The notes below the pieces were generated by a model that saw nothing but the letters and a program-made list of their open reading frames with translations, had not been told where the DNA came from and searched no databases. Shown piece after piece: positions 1 to 10,594 of a DNA stretch of 64,000 bases. Source of the stretch: Octopus vulgaris (taxonomy: Eukaryota); NCBI GenBank assembly GCA_951406725.2, contig OX597830.1, positions 61,876,001-61,940,000 of the forward strand, given 5' to 3'. The stretch's first letter is position 1; every line of letters begins with the position of its first letter. The translations under genes were made by a program, and so were the position numbers.

Positions 1-270
1 ATCCGATCGTGGCCGTTGCCAGCCTCGCCTGGCCCCCGTGCCGGTGGCACGTAAAAAGCACCATCCAATCGTGGCCGTTTGCCAGCCTCGTCTGGCACCT
101 GTGCCAGTGGCACGTAAAAAGCACCTACTAGGTTAGGAAGGGCATCCAGCCATACAAACATTGCCAGATCAGACTGGGCCTGGTGCAGCCTTCTGGCTTC
201 CCAGACTCCAGTTGAACCGTCCAACCCATGCTAGCATGGAAAGCGGATGCTAAACGATGATGATGATGAT
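1..270 (+). mobile_element. 3' tail of a LINE/SINE-type repeat with an internal ~65-bp duplication and (GAT)n tail
   Basis: Two copies of ATCGTGGCCGTT..GCCAGCCTCG..GTGGCACGTAAAAAGCACC, ending GCTAAACGATGATGATGAT; resembles RTE-type tails (recall, not searched). Confidence 0.55.
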
Positions 271-284
271 TATTATTATTATGA

Positions 285-518
285 AGGCGATAGGCTGGCA
301 GAATTGTTAGCGCACTGGACGAAATGCTTTGCAGTATATCACTCGTTGCTATGTTCTGAAATCAAATTACGCCGAAGCTGACTTAGCCTTTCATCATTTC
401 AGGGTCAATAAATTTAGTACCAGATAAATTAATTACCAGTGGTACTTAACACTTGGGTCAATATAATCGACTAGTCCCCTCCCCACAAATTTGAGGGTTT
501 GTGCCACCAGTAGAAAGG
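285..518 (+). mobile_element. tRNA-derived SINE (Nin-domain type), degenerate
   Basis: Homologous to the copies at 8162-8295 and 49368-49600: GCTGGCAGAATTGTTAGC head and GCCTTTCATC..GGGTCAATAAA..AGTACCAG core; followed by (ATT)n/(GTT)n. Confidence 0.7.
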
Positions 519-566
<48 letters not shown>

Positions 567-892
567 AATGAAATCTTCATTGTTATTATTATATTGTCGT
601 TGTTGTTGTTGTTGTTGCTGCTGCTCTTGTTGTTGTTGTGGGTGGCGGTGGTGGCATATAACTGGTGCATTGGGAATTGTAAGCAAAGATAGACAAATGG
701 TTGAAGGAGATTGGAATAGGATACCCCGAAGAGCTTCTACAGAAAGTCAGCCTCTTAAGGACAGGGAAGATTATCAGGAAGGGCTTAAGCACTTGAAAGC
801 TTGTGGATACCTAAGGTTACAGGTAGTAACTCTCTACCCACATTAATTCTACAAGGAATAAGAATGAACCTGAATCAAATCAATGATAATAG

Positions 893-1295
893 TTTCAAAT
901 TTTGGCACAAGGCCAGCAATTGGGGGGGGGAGGAAAGTCTATTATATCGATCTCGATGCACAGCGGGTACTTACTTTATCAACCCCGAAAATATGGAAAA
1001 CAAAGCCGACTTAGATGGGATTTGAACTCAGACCGTAAAAACAGTCGAAATGCAGCTAAGCATGCTAATGTTTCTATGATGATGATGATGATTTCTACTG
1101 TAGGCTCAAGGCCTGAAATTTTGTGGGGAAGGCACTATTTGATTACATCGACCCCAGTGTTCAACTGGTACTTATTTATTGATCCCGAAAGGCAACATTG
1201 ACCTCGACAAAATTTGAACTCTGAACATAAAGATGAGCAAAATACCGCGAAGCATTTCATCCGGCACGCTAATGATTCTGCCAGTTCACTGCCTT
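893..1295 (-). mobile_element. Two degenerate Nin-type SINE copies
   Basis: Reverse complements of the same core (GGTACTTATTTATTGATCCCGAAAGGCAA..GACCTCG..AATTTGAACTC..CTAATGATTCTGCCAG) at ~893-1075 and ~1095-1295. Confidence 0.6.
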
Positions 1296-1315
1296 AACAA
1301 CAACAACAACAACAA

Positions 1316-1570
1316 TGGCGTAGTGGTTAAGAGCACTGGCTACTTACCCCAAGATTCCGAGTTCGATTCCAGGCAGTGACCTGAATAATAATAATAATAA
1401 TAATAATAACAACAACAACAACAACGTCAAAAAATACCTTAGGAACGAGAACCCAGGTTCGAAATTTCCCCAAGACACCTGATGAGGGCTGGAGGGTATA
1501 TCAGCCGAAATATTTTGTTAACAAACAAGATGTGGAGAAATATCCGTCAATTGTAAATAATGCAAATAAT
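1316..1570 (+). mobile_element. tRNA-derived SINE containing a hammerhead-like core
   Basis: A box TGGCGTAGTGG (1316), B box GTTCGATTCC (1361-1370), internal (AAT)n(AAC)n, then CTGATGA-GGGCTG..CAGCC-GAAA at 1479-1510. Confidence 0.6.
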
Positions 1571-1682
1571 GAGCAAAAGACAACAAACCCAGACAGTCGG
1601 AATGTATAATAATGTGCAAAAAGCAATAATCCAGAACACCACAGACAAACATATGAATGAGAAGGAAGGTGAACCTAATGAT

Positions 1683-1899
1683 TGTTATGCGTAGTTTGGG
1701 TTCTAATGGGATAGACAACCAAATGAAAACCATTGTTATTGTTACGTGTTTATTTACTTTTCATGTTATACGGACTCGACATTCAGCGTAGTGATACATA
1801 ATATACTTTACACACAGTTGTACTGTTCACTAACAAAATAGTGCCAAGAGTGGGGATGTAGTTTGGCATATGTAAACACATAGATATGAATGTGTAACA
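1683..1899 (-). mobile_element. Gypsy solo LTR
   Basis: TGTTA...TAACA termini; aligns along its length with the LTR at 30486-30717; GAT on both flanks (imperfect TSD). Confidence 0.8.
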
Positions 1900-2186
1900 G
1901 ATTATGATACTATAAAAATGAGAATAATCAAAGAACTGAAAACTACATATCACAGAATAGACCATCGATTATACCTCCCAAAAATCAAAATAGACAATAA
2001 ATCAACGTCAATAATAAATAGCATGAACTAATAGCCACAGAAACAAATGTGAATATCACCAGGCTAAATGACATGATATATGCAGCAGCCATTGCAGTCA
2101 CAAAAGAAGCTGGGAACTCCCTCAAACCCATCCAAATAGGAGTACCACCACCCAAACAAACCCTGTGGATAAATAATATCAGCCAA
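1900..2186 (+). pseudogene. Fragment of an R4/Dong-like non-LTR ORF (N-terminal region)
   Basis: NITRLNDMIYAAAIAV..PPPKQTLW resembles TELNEIIYASARAI..PPKKQ of the element at 13670; a near-identical inverted copy lies at 7764-8061. Confidence 0.6.
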
Positions 2187-2199
2187 AAAAAAAAAAAAG

Positions 2200-4400
2200 A
2201 AAGAAGAGGGGTGGTGGCACTGCTGAGAAAGGACCCAAAGAAAAGGGACGTGATAGACAATTTCAGGCCCATCACTCTGCTCAATGCAGAGTTGAAGATT
2301 TTGGTCAAGGTGTTAGCGAAGAGGTTGGCGCTTGTGGACAAGCTGGTTGGCAAGGCGCAAAGATGCGCCGTTCCAAACAGGACTATTCACAACAACCTCC
2401 ACCTCATGTACTACATCATAAAGACGGTTGGTAACGAAGCTGGCATGGGTGAGGCTCTGATCAATTCAGTTCAGTATAATGCCTTTGATATCGTTGACCA
2501 TCGATACTTGGTAGCTGTTCTCAAGGCAGTCGGTTTCAGTCCAATTTTCTGTGGTTAGATCGCTGCTTTGTACAGCGACATCTGCTCGGTTGTTCACGTG
2601 AATGGTCACCTGTCGGAAACATTCATTATCTTGCACTCGGTCCGTTAAAGATGCCCTCTCTCCTTCCTTCTGTACGTACTGCAGAAGTTGGCGACATTGA
2701 GGAGTGTCCCGCATTATCTGGGATGTGGCAGAAATGTGTCTGCTTATACCGACGATGTCACCGTGATTGTCTCGAGCCACAGGCATATAGATCTGATTGG
2801 CAACATACTACAAGGATATGAAACAGTGACAGGCGCTAAAATTAACACGGAAAAGTCTGTGGGTTGCAACTCGTCACCTGGAGAGGCAAGTCCATGCCGT
2901 CCAGCAACATCGTGGGACGCTGGACAGACTGTCCGGTTAAACTGCTCTGGTTCGGTCCAAACCTCCAGGTGGAGAAAAACTGGGACGAGGTGATGAACAT
3001 GGTTGCCAATCTCCCCCAGAAATGGACCGTGTGGAAGCTGTCTCCGAAAGGTCGATCCGAGTTGGCAAATGCGTACATCACATCCGTCATCTATTACCGC
3101 TTGACCGTTGTACCTTGCCTCCTGCGCTGGCTGAATAAGCTGGTTAGCTTACTCTTCCGCGTTCTGTGTGGAGGTCACGTTCCGCTGGTAAGGTGCTCCA
3201 TCTGCTGTCAACAGATGCTGATTGGGGGCATGAATATGCCGTGGTTACTGGTGTACAGGCTGCAGCATCTCCAGCGTTTCCTTGATGGTGAACAGGTGTG
3301 GTCGCTGTTTGTCAGACACGCTCTTCCACAGCTCGTCTCATTGACTGAGCTATAATCCTGGATTAGGCCTAGACCAAGGAGGGGCGCTTGGTACCTCGAG
3401 TGCCGTCACGTGTTCACAGCCCTCAGCCAGGAGGCCAATGCGGTCGGTGATAGTTCTACTCAAGCGTTCTATAGAAGGAAAGTGCGACGACGTTCTCGGA
3501 GAAATTCTGGGCGTTGACGGGGATCAACATACTAGTGTTTTGGAAAACTTTCGGGCGGGGGACTATAATAACTTCCAGAAATCCCTCGCCCGGCAGCATT
3601 ACAGAGGGGGGCTGCTCGTTCGGGATAAACTTTACAGGTATAGGAGTGCCGCCAGCCGAGCCTGCCCGAGGTGCGCACAGAGCGACGAAACCGTTCTGCC
3701 CGAGCATTACTGACCTGTGGGTTTATGTGGAACACCAGCTGCCACATGTAGGACGGATCCGGCTATCAGCTGAATCCATACTGAAGATTGCCCCGCTGCC
3801 CTGCTTTGGCCGGGAAGGGCAGGCAATTTTTATTTGTCCGGTGGCTGTAGCGAAAGAGGTGTTATAGTGGACTCATTTGAAAGGGCTAAAATCAGACACT
3901 TTCCTTTTTTTCCAAGCCCTCATCAACTTCAAGTTACACTTGAAGAGGAAGTTGAGGGTGGAGAGGGAAGTGTTGTCTTCTAGCAAGTTTATTGAAAGAA
4001 TGGTCAGTGTGAAAGGACCAATTTTGAGTATGCATCTGTGAAGAAATAAAAGAAGGGCCCTTCCCCTGTTGGACAGGCACCCGTGGCTTTTGTGGATTTT
4101 CTACGAATAGTCTTAAAGCGCCTCCCCAATTGGGAGTTTTATATTGTTTAATTGCGACTGTTGTTAATTTTACACACTGTAAAACCCTTTTTATCGCCTT
4201 GGGTCGTTTTTTTTAATGTTTTGTGTTGTTTTTCCACGAGGACCTTAAGGTGCTTCCCCTATTGGGAGTTTAATTTGTTCCACTTTTTTGTTATTACATT
4301 GTATACACGCGAAAACCCATTGTATCGTCCTGTTTTTGTCTTTTATGTTGTTGCATGTCTTTTAATGTTTGTATGTGAGCCCTTGTGGCCAATAAAAGAA
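2200..4400 (+). mobile_element. 5'-truncated Tx1/L1-clade LINE, ORF2 pseudogene with 3' UTR
   Basis: DNFRPITLLNAELKILVKVLAKRL, SAYTDDVTV (YADD-like), KINTEKS and CPRC..DETV zinc-finger remnant across broken frames; AATAAA at 4391-4396. Confidence 0.85.
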
Positions 4401-4508
4401 TTTATTATTATTATTGAGTGAGAGAGCAGTGCATGCCAACAAAGTGACTCTGGGGTAAAATATACGAAGCCCAGTATAACCATCATGACTACCTGTCTGA
4501 TAAGGGTA

Positions 4509-5069
4509 TGTAGTGATCCTATACAACGGCGCGCGCTCGCGCACCGTCCATTTGTATTTCGCGCGTGCGGGGTTGGTGCTTTCACCACCGGAAGAAGAAC
4601 CCTTTTGCCTACGTAGCAGTTAGCCGAGGCAAGGGGATCGTAAGACGTTGACCACCAGCGTCCAGCAAGCAGCGACTTGAGACATGGCTATCGAAGGCAA
4701 CGGTCACGTATATTTTCTCTCTCTCCGAATTTGATTCTAGCAGCAGTCGGCCGAAAGCTTTTAACCAAATTGTTGCCGACCACATCATCTTCCCTGTTCC
4801 GGACGCCATCTTTAACCCGTTCTGTTTTTAGCGGCTGAACATTGTAAATATTACAATCGATTAACTTTCAGCCTTGCGCGCCCAGAACCAAGGATATCAG
4901 ATATACCACTGATCTCTCACCATAAAACAATAAAGTATATATATTATTTACGTCTGCGTCTTGTTGTTTCTGACTGGTAGAGAATCTGGATTATCAAAGC
5001 AACGGAAAGTGATTGCTTCTCGCACCCCCAAAAGGTCCAGAGAAGATATTCACACGCGAAGTCGTTACA
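4509..5069 (+). repeat. LTR, left arm (561 bp)
   Basis: Starts TGTAGTG, ends CGTTACA, contains AATAAA (4929-4934), followed 1 nt later by the PBS. Confidence 0.85.
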
Positions 5070-5070
5070 G

Positions 5071-5089
5071 TGGTGACCCCGACGTGATT
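5071..5089 (+). other. Primer-binding site complementary to the tRNA-Trp 3' end
   Basis: TGGTGACCCCGACGTGATT is the reverse complement of AATCACGTCGGGGTCA-CCA (metazoan tRNA-Trp 3' end); mirror copy at 6635-6653. Confidence 0.9.
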
Positions 5090-6654
5090 CTGGTCTAAAA
5101 CCAGAGATCACTTAACAACAAAGAAATCCAGTTTTCTGCGAAGTCGGAACACGATTAACTCTACGCATTCATCTTTCGACGATTTGTTTCCGTCCTCTCG
5201 GACCGTTATAGAAGGAGCCCTTTTCTTATTCTTCAACAATGATGACGGACGCCATCATATCATCGATGCCTTTTCTCTACCGTCATCATCGTCGTCTTAG
5301 AACTTCACGTCGTCGTTATCTTCGTCGCCATCAACACTAAGAACAATGTTGTCTCAAGTCCACTACAGTCGCCTTCCACCACCACCGTCGCCTTTCAACA
5401 CCGTCGACCAAGATGTACATAGCAACTCGCGGAACTTTAGCTTTCACGCTGTTCGTGCATAGCGCGCCAAGAATTAACAGCCCAGCACTATCTACGAGAT
5501 TCTTTAACGATTTAACATGTCACAGCATCGAAGCTACAACCGCTACACATTGTGTTCAATCGGCATCTGCATTTGTGATTTCAACATTCTGTTACAGAAC
5601 GAACTGCTATTGTGTATCAGGCTATTACAGACTGGTTAACTAACTCCATTGTCTGGAATAGCCTTGAGAGACATTTCTTTTTATGCGCTGTATTTATTTT
5701 TTGCTCGCATTTCACCTTGTATGTATTTTTGTCGCACACACGTACACACACATAAATGCTATCTCTCACATACATACGTCACACATGCTTTTCTCGCTTG
5801 TTTTTTTTTCTAAATTTGCCTTTTGTGGACACACCTCATTTCTATAGACCCTAGGTCGGTCACCGACCTAGGGTCTATAGAAATGAGGTGTGTCCACAAA
5901 AGGCAAATTTAGAAAAAAAAACAAGCGAGAAAAGCATGTGTGACGTATGTATGTGAGAGATAGCATTTATGTGTGTGTACGTGTGTGCGACAAAAATACA
6001 TACAAGGTGAAATGCGAGCAAAAAAATAAATACAGCGCATAAAAAGAAATGTCTCTCAAGGCTATTCCAGACAATGGAGTTAGTTAACCAGTCTGTAATA
6101 GCCTGATACACAATAGCAGTTCGTTCTGTAACAGAATGTTGAAATCACAAATGCAGATGCCGATTGAACACAATGTGTAGCGGTTGTAGCTTCGATGCTG
6201 TGACATGTTAAATCGTTAAAGAATCTCGTAGATAGTGCTGGGCTGTTAATTCTTGGCGCGCTATGCACGAACAGCGTGAAAGCTAAAGTTCCGCGAGTTG
6301 CTATGTACATCTTGGTCGACGGTGTTGAAAGGCGACGGTGGTGGTGGAAGGCGACTGTAGTGGACTTGAGACAACATTGTTCTTAGTGTTGATGGCGACG
6401 AAGATAACGACGACGTGAAGTTCTAAGACGACGATGATGACGGTAGAGAAAAAGGCATCGATGATATGATGGCGTCCGTCATCATTGTTGAAGAATAAGA
6501 AAAGGGCTCCTTCTATAACGGTCCGAGAGGACGGAAACAAATCGTCGAAAGATGAATGCGTAGAGTTAATCGTGTTCCGACTTCGCAGAAAACTGGATTT
6601 CTTTGTTGTTAAGTGATCTCTGGTTTTAGACCAGAATCACGTCGGGGTCACCAC

Positions 6655-7215
6655 TGTAACGACTTCGCGTGTGAATATCTTCTCTGGACCTTTTGGGGGT
6701 GCGAGAAGCAATCACTTTCCGTTGCTTTGATAATCTAGATTCTCTACCAGTCAGAAACAACAAGACGCAGACGTAAATAATATATATACTTTATTGTTTT
6801 ATGGTGAGAGATCAGTGGTATATCTGATATCCTTGGTTCTGGGCGCGCAAGGCTGAAAGTTAATCGATTGTAATATTTACAATGTTCAGCCGCTAAAAAC
6901 AGAACGGGTTAAAGATGGCGTCCGGAACAGGGAAGATGATGTGGTCGGCAACAATTTGGTTAAAAGCTTTCGGCCGACTGCTGCTAGAATCAAATTCGGA
7001 GAGAGAGAAAATATACGTGACCGTTGCCTTCGATAGCCATGTCTCAAGTCGCTGCTTGCTGGACGCTGGTGGTCAACGTCTTACGATCCCCTTGCCTCGG
7101 CTAACTGCTACGTAGGCAAAAGGGTTCTTCTTCCGGTGGTGAAAGCACCAACCCCGCACGCGCGAAATACAAATGGACGGTGCGCGAGCGCGCGCTGTTG
7201 TATAGGATCACTACA
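6655..7215 (-). repeat. LTR, right arm (inverted)
   Basis: Reverse complement of 4509-5069, with at least two substitutions seen on spot-checking. Confidence 0.85.
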
Positions 7216-7763
7216 GGTACACCAGGCACATGTATCACAACCATATGTGCATGACATGGTGATCTCATATCAAGATAAACAGCACATGACTTTGCAGGTG
7301 GGGCCCAGTTAGAATTTTCTTCTAGTCGAGTAACCCAACCCGCTCAAAAGGTCCCTGAATAAGGGCTGTTTAAGGATGTTGAACAAACCACCCATGTTTC
7401 CAGAGGTGAATTATTCAAACCCCAAAGAATCCCTCTCAACACATGGCTATGATGCTCCACCACTACTTCTGCTCGTGATCAGAGATACACATATCGTCAG
7501 CCACTAAGGGACATGCTCAACTGGTTAAGGTCAAACAACTGACAAGCAAATCTGTGGTATTGAGCAGAATATTTGCTGTGGCCCATCTTTTATACCAAGA
7601 CAAAACAATGTACATAACACTTCCAATCAGTTAAGATCAGCAGCCATGAGAGCCACTGCCTGGTACTGCATCAGGGCATAGCAAATCTGTGGTATTGAAC
7701 AGAATATTTGCTGTAGCCCATCTTTTATACAGCAAAATCACCACGGTCACCTTTTTTTTTTTT

Positions 7764-8061
7764 TATTGGCTGATATTATTTATCCACAGGGTTTGTTTGG
7801 GTGGTGGTACTCCTATTTGAATGGGTTTGAGGGAGTTTCCAGCTTCTTTTGTGACTGCAGTGGCTGCTGCATATATTATGTCATTTAGCCTGGTGATATT
7901 GACATTTGCTTCTGTGGCTATTAGTTCCGTGACGGCCAGGTTCATGCTATTTATTATTGAAGTTGTTTTATTGTCTAATTTGATTTTTGGGAGATATAAT
8001 CGGTGGTCTATTCTGTGATATGTAGCTTTCAGTTCTTTGATTATTCACATTTTTATAGTAT
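7764..8061 (-). pseudogene. Inverted copy of the R4/Dong ORF fragment
   Basis: ORF 7763-7945 (NVNITRLNDIIYAAATAVTKEAG..) matches 1907-2186. Confidence 0.7.
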
Positions 8062-8096
8062 TGAGCAGAATATTTGCTGTAGCCCATCTTTTATAC

Positions 8097-8161
<65 letters not shown>

Positions 8162-8163
<2 letters not shown>

Positions 8164-8295
8164 GGTGGTGAACTAGCAGAATCGTTAGCACGCCGGGAAA
8201 AATGCTTAGCGACATTTCGTCCATCCTTATATTCTGAGTTCAAATTCCGCCGAGATCGACTTTGCCTTTCATCCTTTAGGGGTCGATGTAATTGA
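8162..8295 (+). mobile_element. Truncated Nin-type SINE
   Basis: AAGGTGGTGAACTAGCAGAATCGTTAGCACG..GTTCAAATTCCGCCGAGATCGACTTTGCCTTTCATCC. Confidence 0.75.
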
Positions 8296-10214
8296 CTAGC
8301 AGAGATACCCGGCGTTGCCCGTGTTACATGCACTTGAAGAAATTTACTTTTCTGTTATATTTTCTGTAATGAACTGGAATACCTATGTTTCGAATTTCAC
8401 CAAAATTGCAGATGAGGCTTATTTCCCTCTTTACACACCCTAAAAATAAATTGTAATCAAGCCACATGCATCCCATACTACTGATTTTTATGCGCATATT
8501 CCAAAATCACCACGGTCACCTTTGTTTTTGTAAAGCGTAATGATGTTAGCATCCCGCATATCCTGAGGGACTGTACCCTCTTCCCAGCACTGACCCAGAA
8601 GCTCATGAAGGTGCCGAAGCAGGATGGTGTTTTTGCCGGTTTTGATGATATCTTTACACACCCAAACAAAATTGTAATCGTGCCACATGTATCCCACACT
8701 ACTGATTTTTATGCGCATATTCCAATATTCCAGTCTTATAGAACCTGTTAAAAAGATTTTGCTCCTGAAAAATGGAGGTCATGGAGCTCTAAAATGTGAG
8801 AGTTAACGCCCCTATTGGGGGTGGGCATCTTAATGTCAACCAGAGGAGTTGAATTGTTGAGAATCTTTTTAACTTGGGTCTTATATCTTTTGTTTGAATT
8901 TCTTTGAAATAGGAAATATATGATCACTGGGTTTGTAAAAGAGAGCAAAGCTACAGGAAACCAAAAGATGAATGATCACAATAAGCAGTCAGCTACCCTA
9001 CCCTAGTCGTTACCACTCCCAATGTAGTATTCCTCACCATGGTAAGATGCATTACGAATCTATAGCAATTGGAAGGGCGTGGCCCAACTGAAATAAACAT
9101 TAACAATTGTGTGACATGAGGGCTAAGGACAAATGAAAGTTTGAGTTTGCATATGACCACTATACTGATACGTAACCGGACAGAATAAATATACAATCTA
9201 TAAATGTCTTTGAACAACCAGTCACTCATTTGGGAAGGCCTTGAAATCAATGTTACCATGTGGGGACTATGTGTGATCCAGTGATAATAAAAGACTGAAA
9301 GGAAATCTGCAATCAAATAACTTTACTCAACACTTTACAACTGAATCAGTGGAGGAAAAGATGCCTCTCATTTACTTGACAATTTATGCAGCACATTGCA
9401 GAAATCACAATCTAAGTGCATGTCATAGCAAACTCTTACACTGTTGTACTATTGAATTACAAATAATCCTCATCTTCTATGCTCGGATGACCCCACAGCT
9501 TCCAAGAGTACAACAATTCGTCTTTGCTTAGAGAAAATGACAAAATTGTGGGTGTTAAGTCTCCATGAAAGGGTCTTACTAACTTGTAAGAAGATGAAAT
9601 TTTAAAAATATTACTTCATTTGTATCTAATATTTATGGTTAAAATTTCATCAACAGCAAAAATATATGAATTGTCATGGGGGTTGTAGCCCTTATGCATA
9701 GAATATAATTTCCAAATTTCGTAAAGATCAATTCAGTACTTTTGACTTAGTTTTGGATCATAAAAGAAATTACTAAAATTTGGGAGTTAAGGCTCCCATT
9801 ACGATATCTTAGAATCCTCATGTGAAGTGGAAACTTTGAGAATACTTTTTGATGTGTGTCAATTACCCATGGTTGAAATTTCGTCAACGTCGAAAATTTA
9901 TGAATCTTCATGGGGGTGCTGCCCCCTTTAAGCCATCTGAAATTCAAACCAAACATATTTCATTATACTCGCCCTTATGCATTGAATCTAAGTTTCAAAT
10001 ATCATAAGGTTCCATTCAGTAATTTTGGTCCGTGAAATTGTATGAAACACACAGCATTACCCTTCTCCCTAGGCTTCGATTTTGTGTTCCAAATTTCATT
10101 ATGATCGGTGGAGCAGTTTTCGAATGTATAAGTAATACACGAACACATAAAGACATTGTCTTTGATATAATAAATATGAATGTACACATATACATACATA
10201 TATATATATATATA

Positions 10215-10247
<33 letters not shown>

Positions 10248-10250
10248 TAC

Positions 10251-10289
<39 letters not shown>

Positions 10290-10548
10290 AAGATAAATTT
10301 ATAGATACAACTGAGTGGGCAAACAAAAATATGAGACACAGCGTAGTGCTTTTTTATGTTGATAAGCCTGGTACTTATTCTATTAGTTTCTTCTTGTGAA
10401 ACTAGTAAGTTATGGGTATGTAAATAAGCGAACATCAGTTGTGAAGAAGTGATGAGGGTGAAACACAGAAACAAAGTCACACACATACACTTAAATATAT
10501 ACATACATATATATACGATTGATTTTTTTAAGTTTCTGTCTACAAAAT

Positions 10549-10594
<46 letters not shown>

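Larger units (their letters stand above)
4509..7215. mobile_element. Palindromic (fold-back) non-autonomous LTR retroelement, probably CsRn1-clade Gypsy derived
   Basis: Arms 4509-5860 and 5862-7215 are reverse complements around a single C at 5861; TGTA..TACA termini; TSD GGTA at 4505-4508 and 7216-7219. Confidence 0.9.
4416..7679. mobile_element. Non-coding interspersed repeat next to (TTA)n, split by the palindromic LTR element (parts 4416-4508 and 7216-7679)
   Basis: Removing the insert and one GGTA gives continuous CTGATAAGGGTACACCAGGCAC, which I recall as an abundant octopus repeat; pieces are re-duplicated at 7681-7730 and 8058-8096. Confidence 0.55.

Noticed and set aside
4609-7115. 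Duplicated 66-aa and 76-aa ORFs on opposite strands
   Set aside because: Mirror products of the palindrome; one lies inside the LTR and neither has a recognisable domain.
4509-7215. Interpretation as a DIRS element or a Foldback DNA transposon
   Set aside because: The tRNA PBS, TG..CA LTR and 4-bp TSD fit integrase-type LTR elements; no tyrosine recombinase, internal complementary region or modular subrepeats were seen.
1907-8061. Possible larger inversion centred on the palindrome
   Set aside because: The inverted Dong fragments are not symmetric about 5861 and are more diverged than the palindrome arms.
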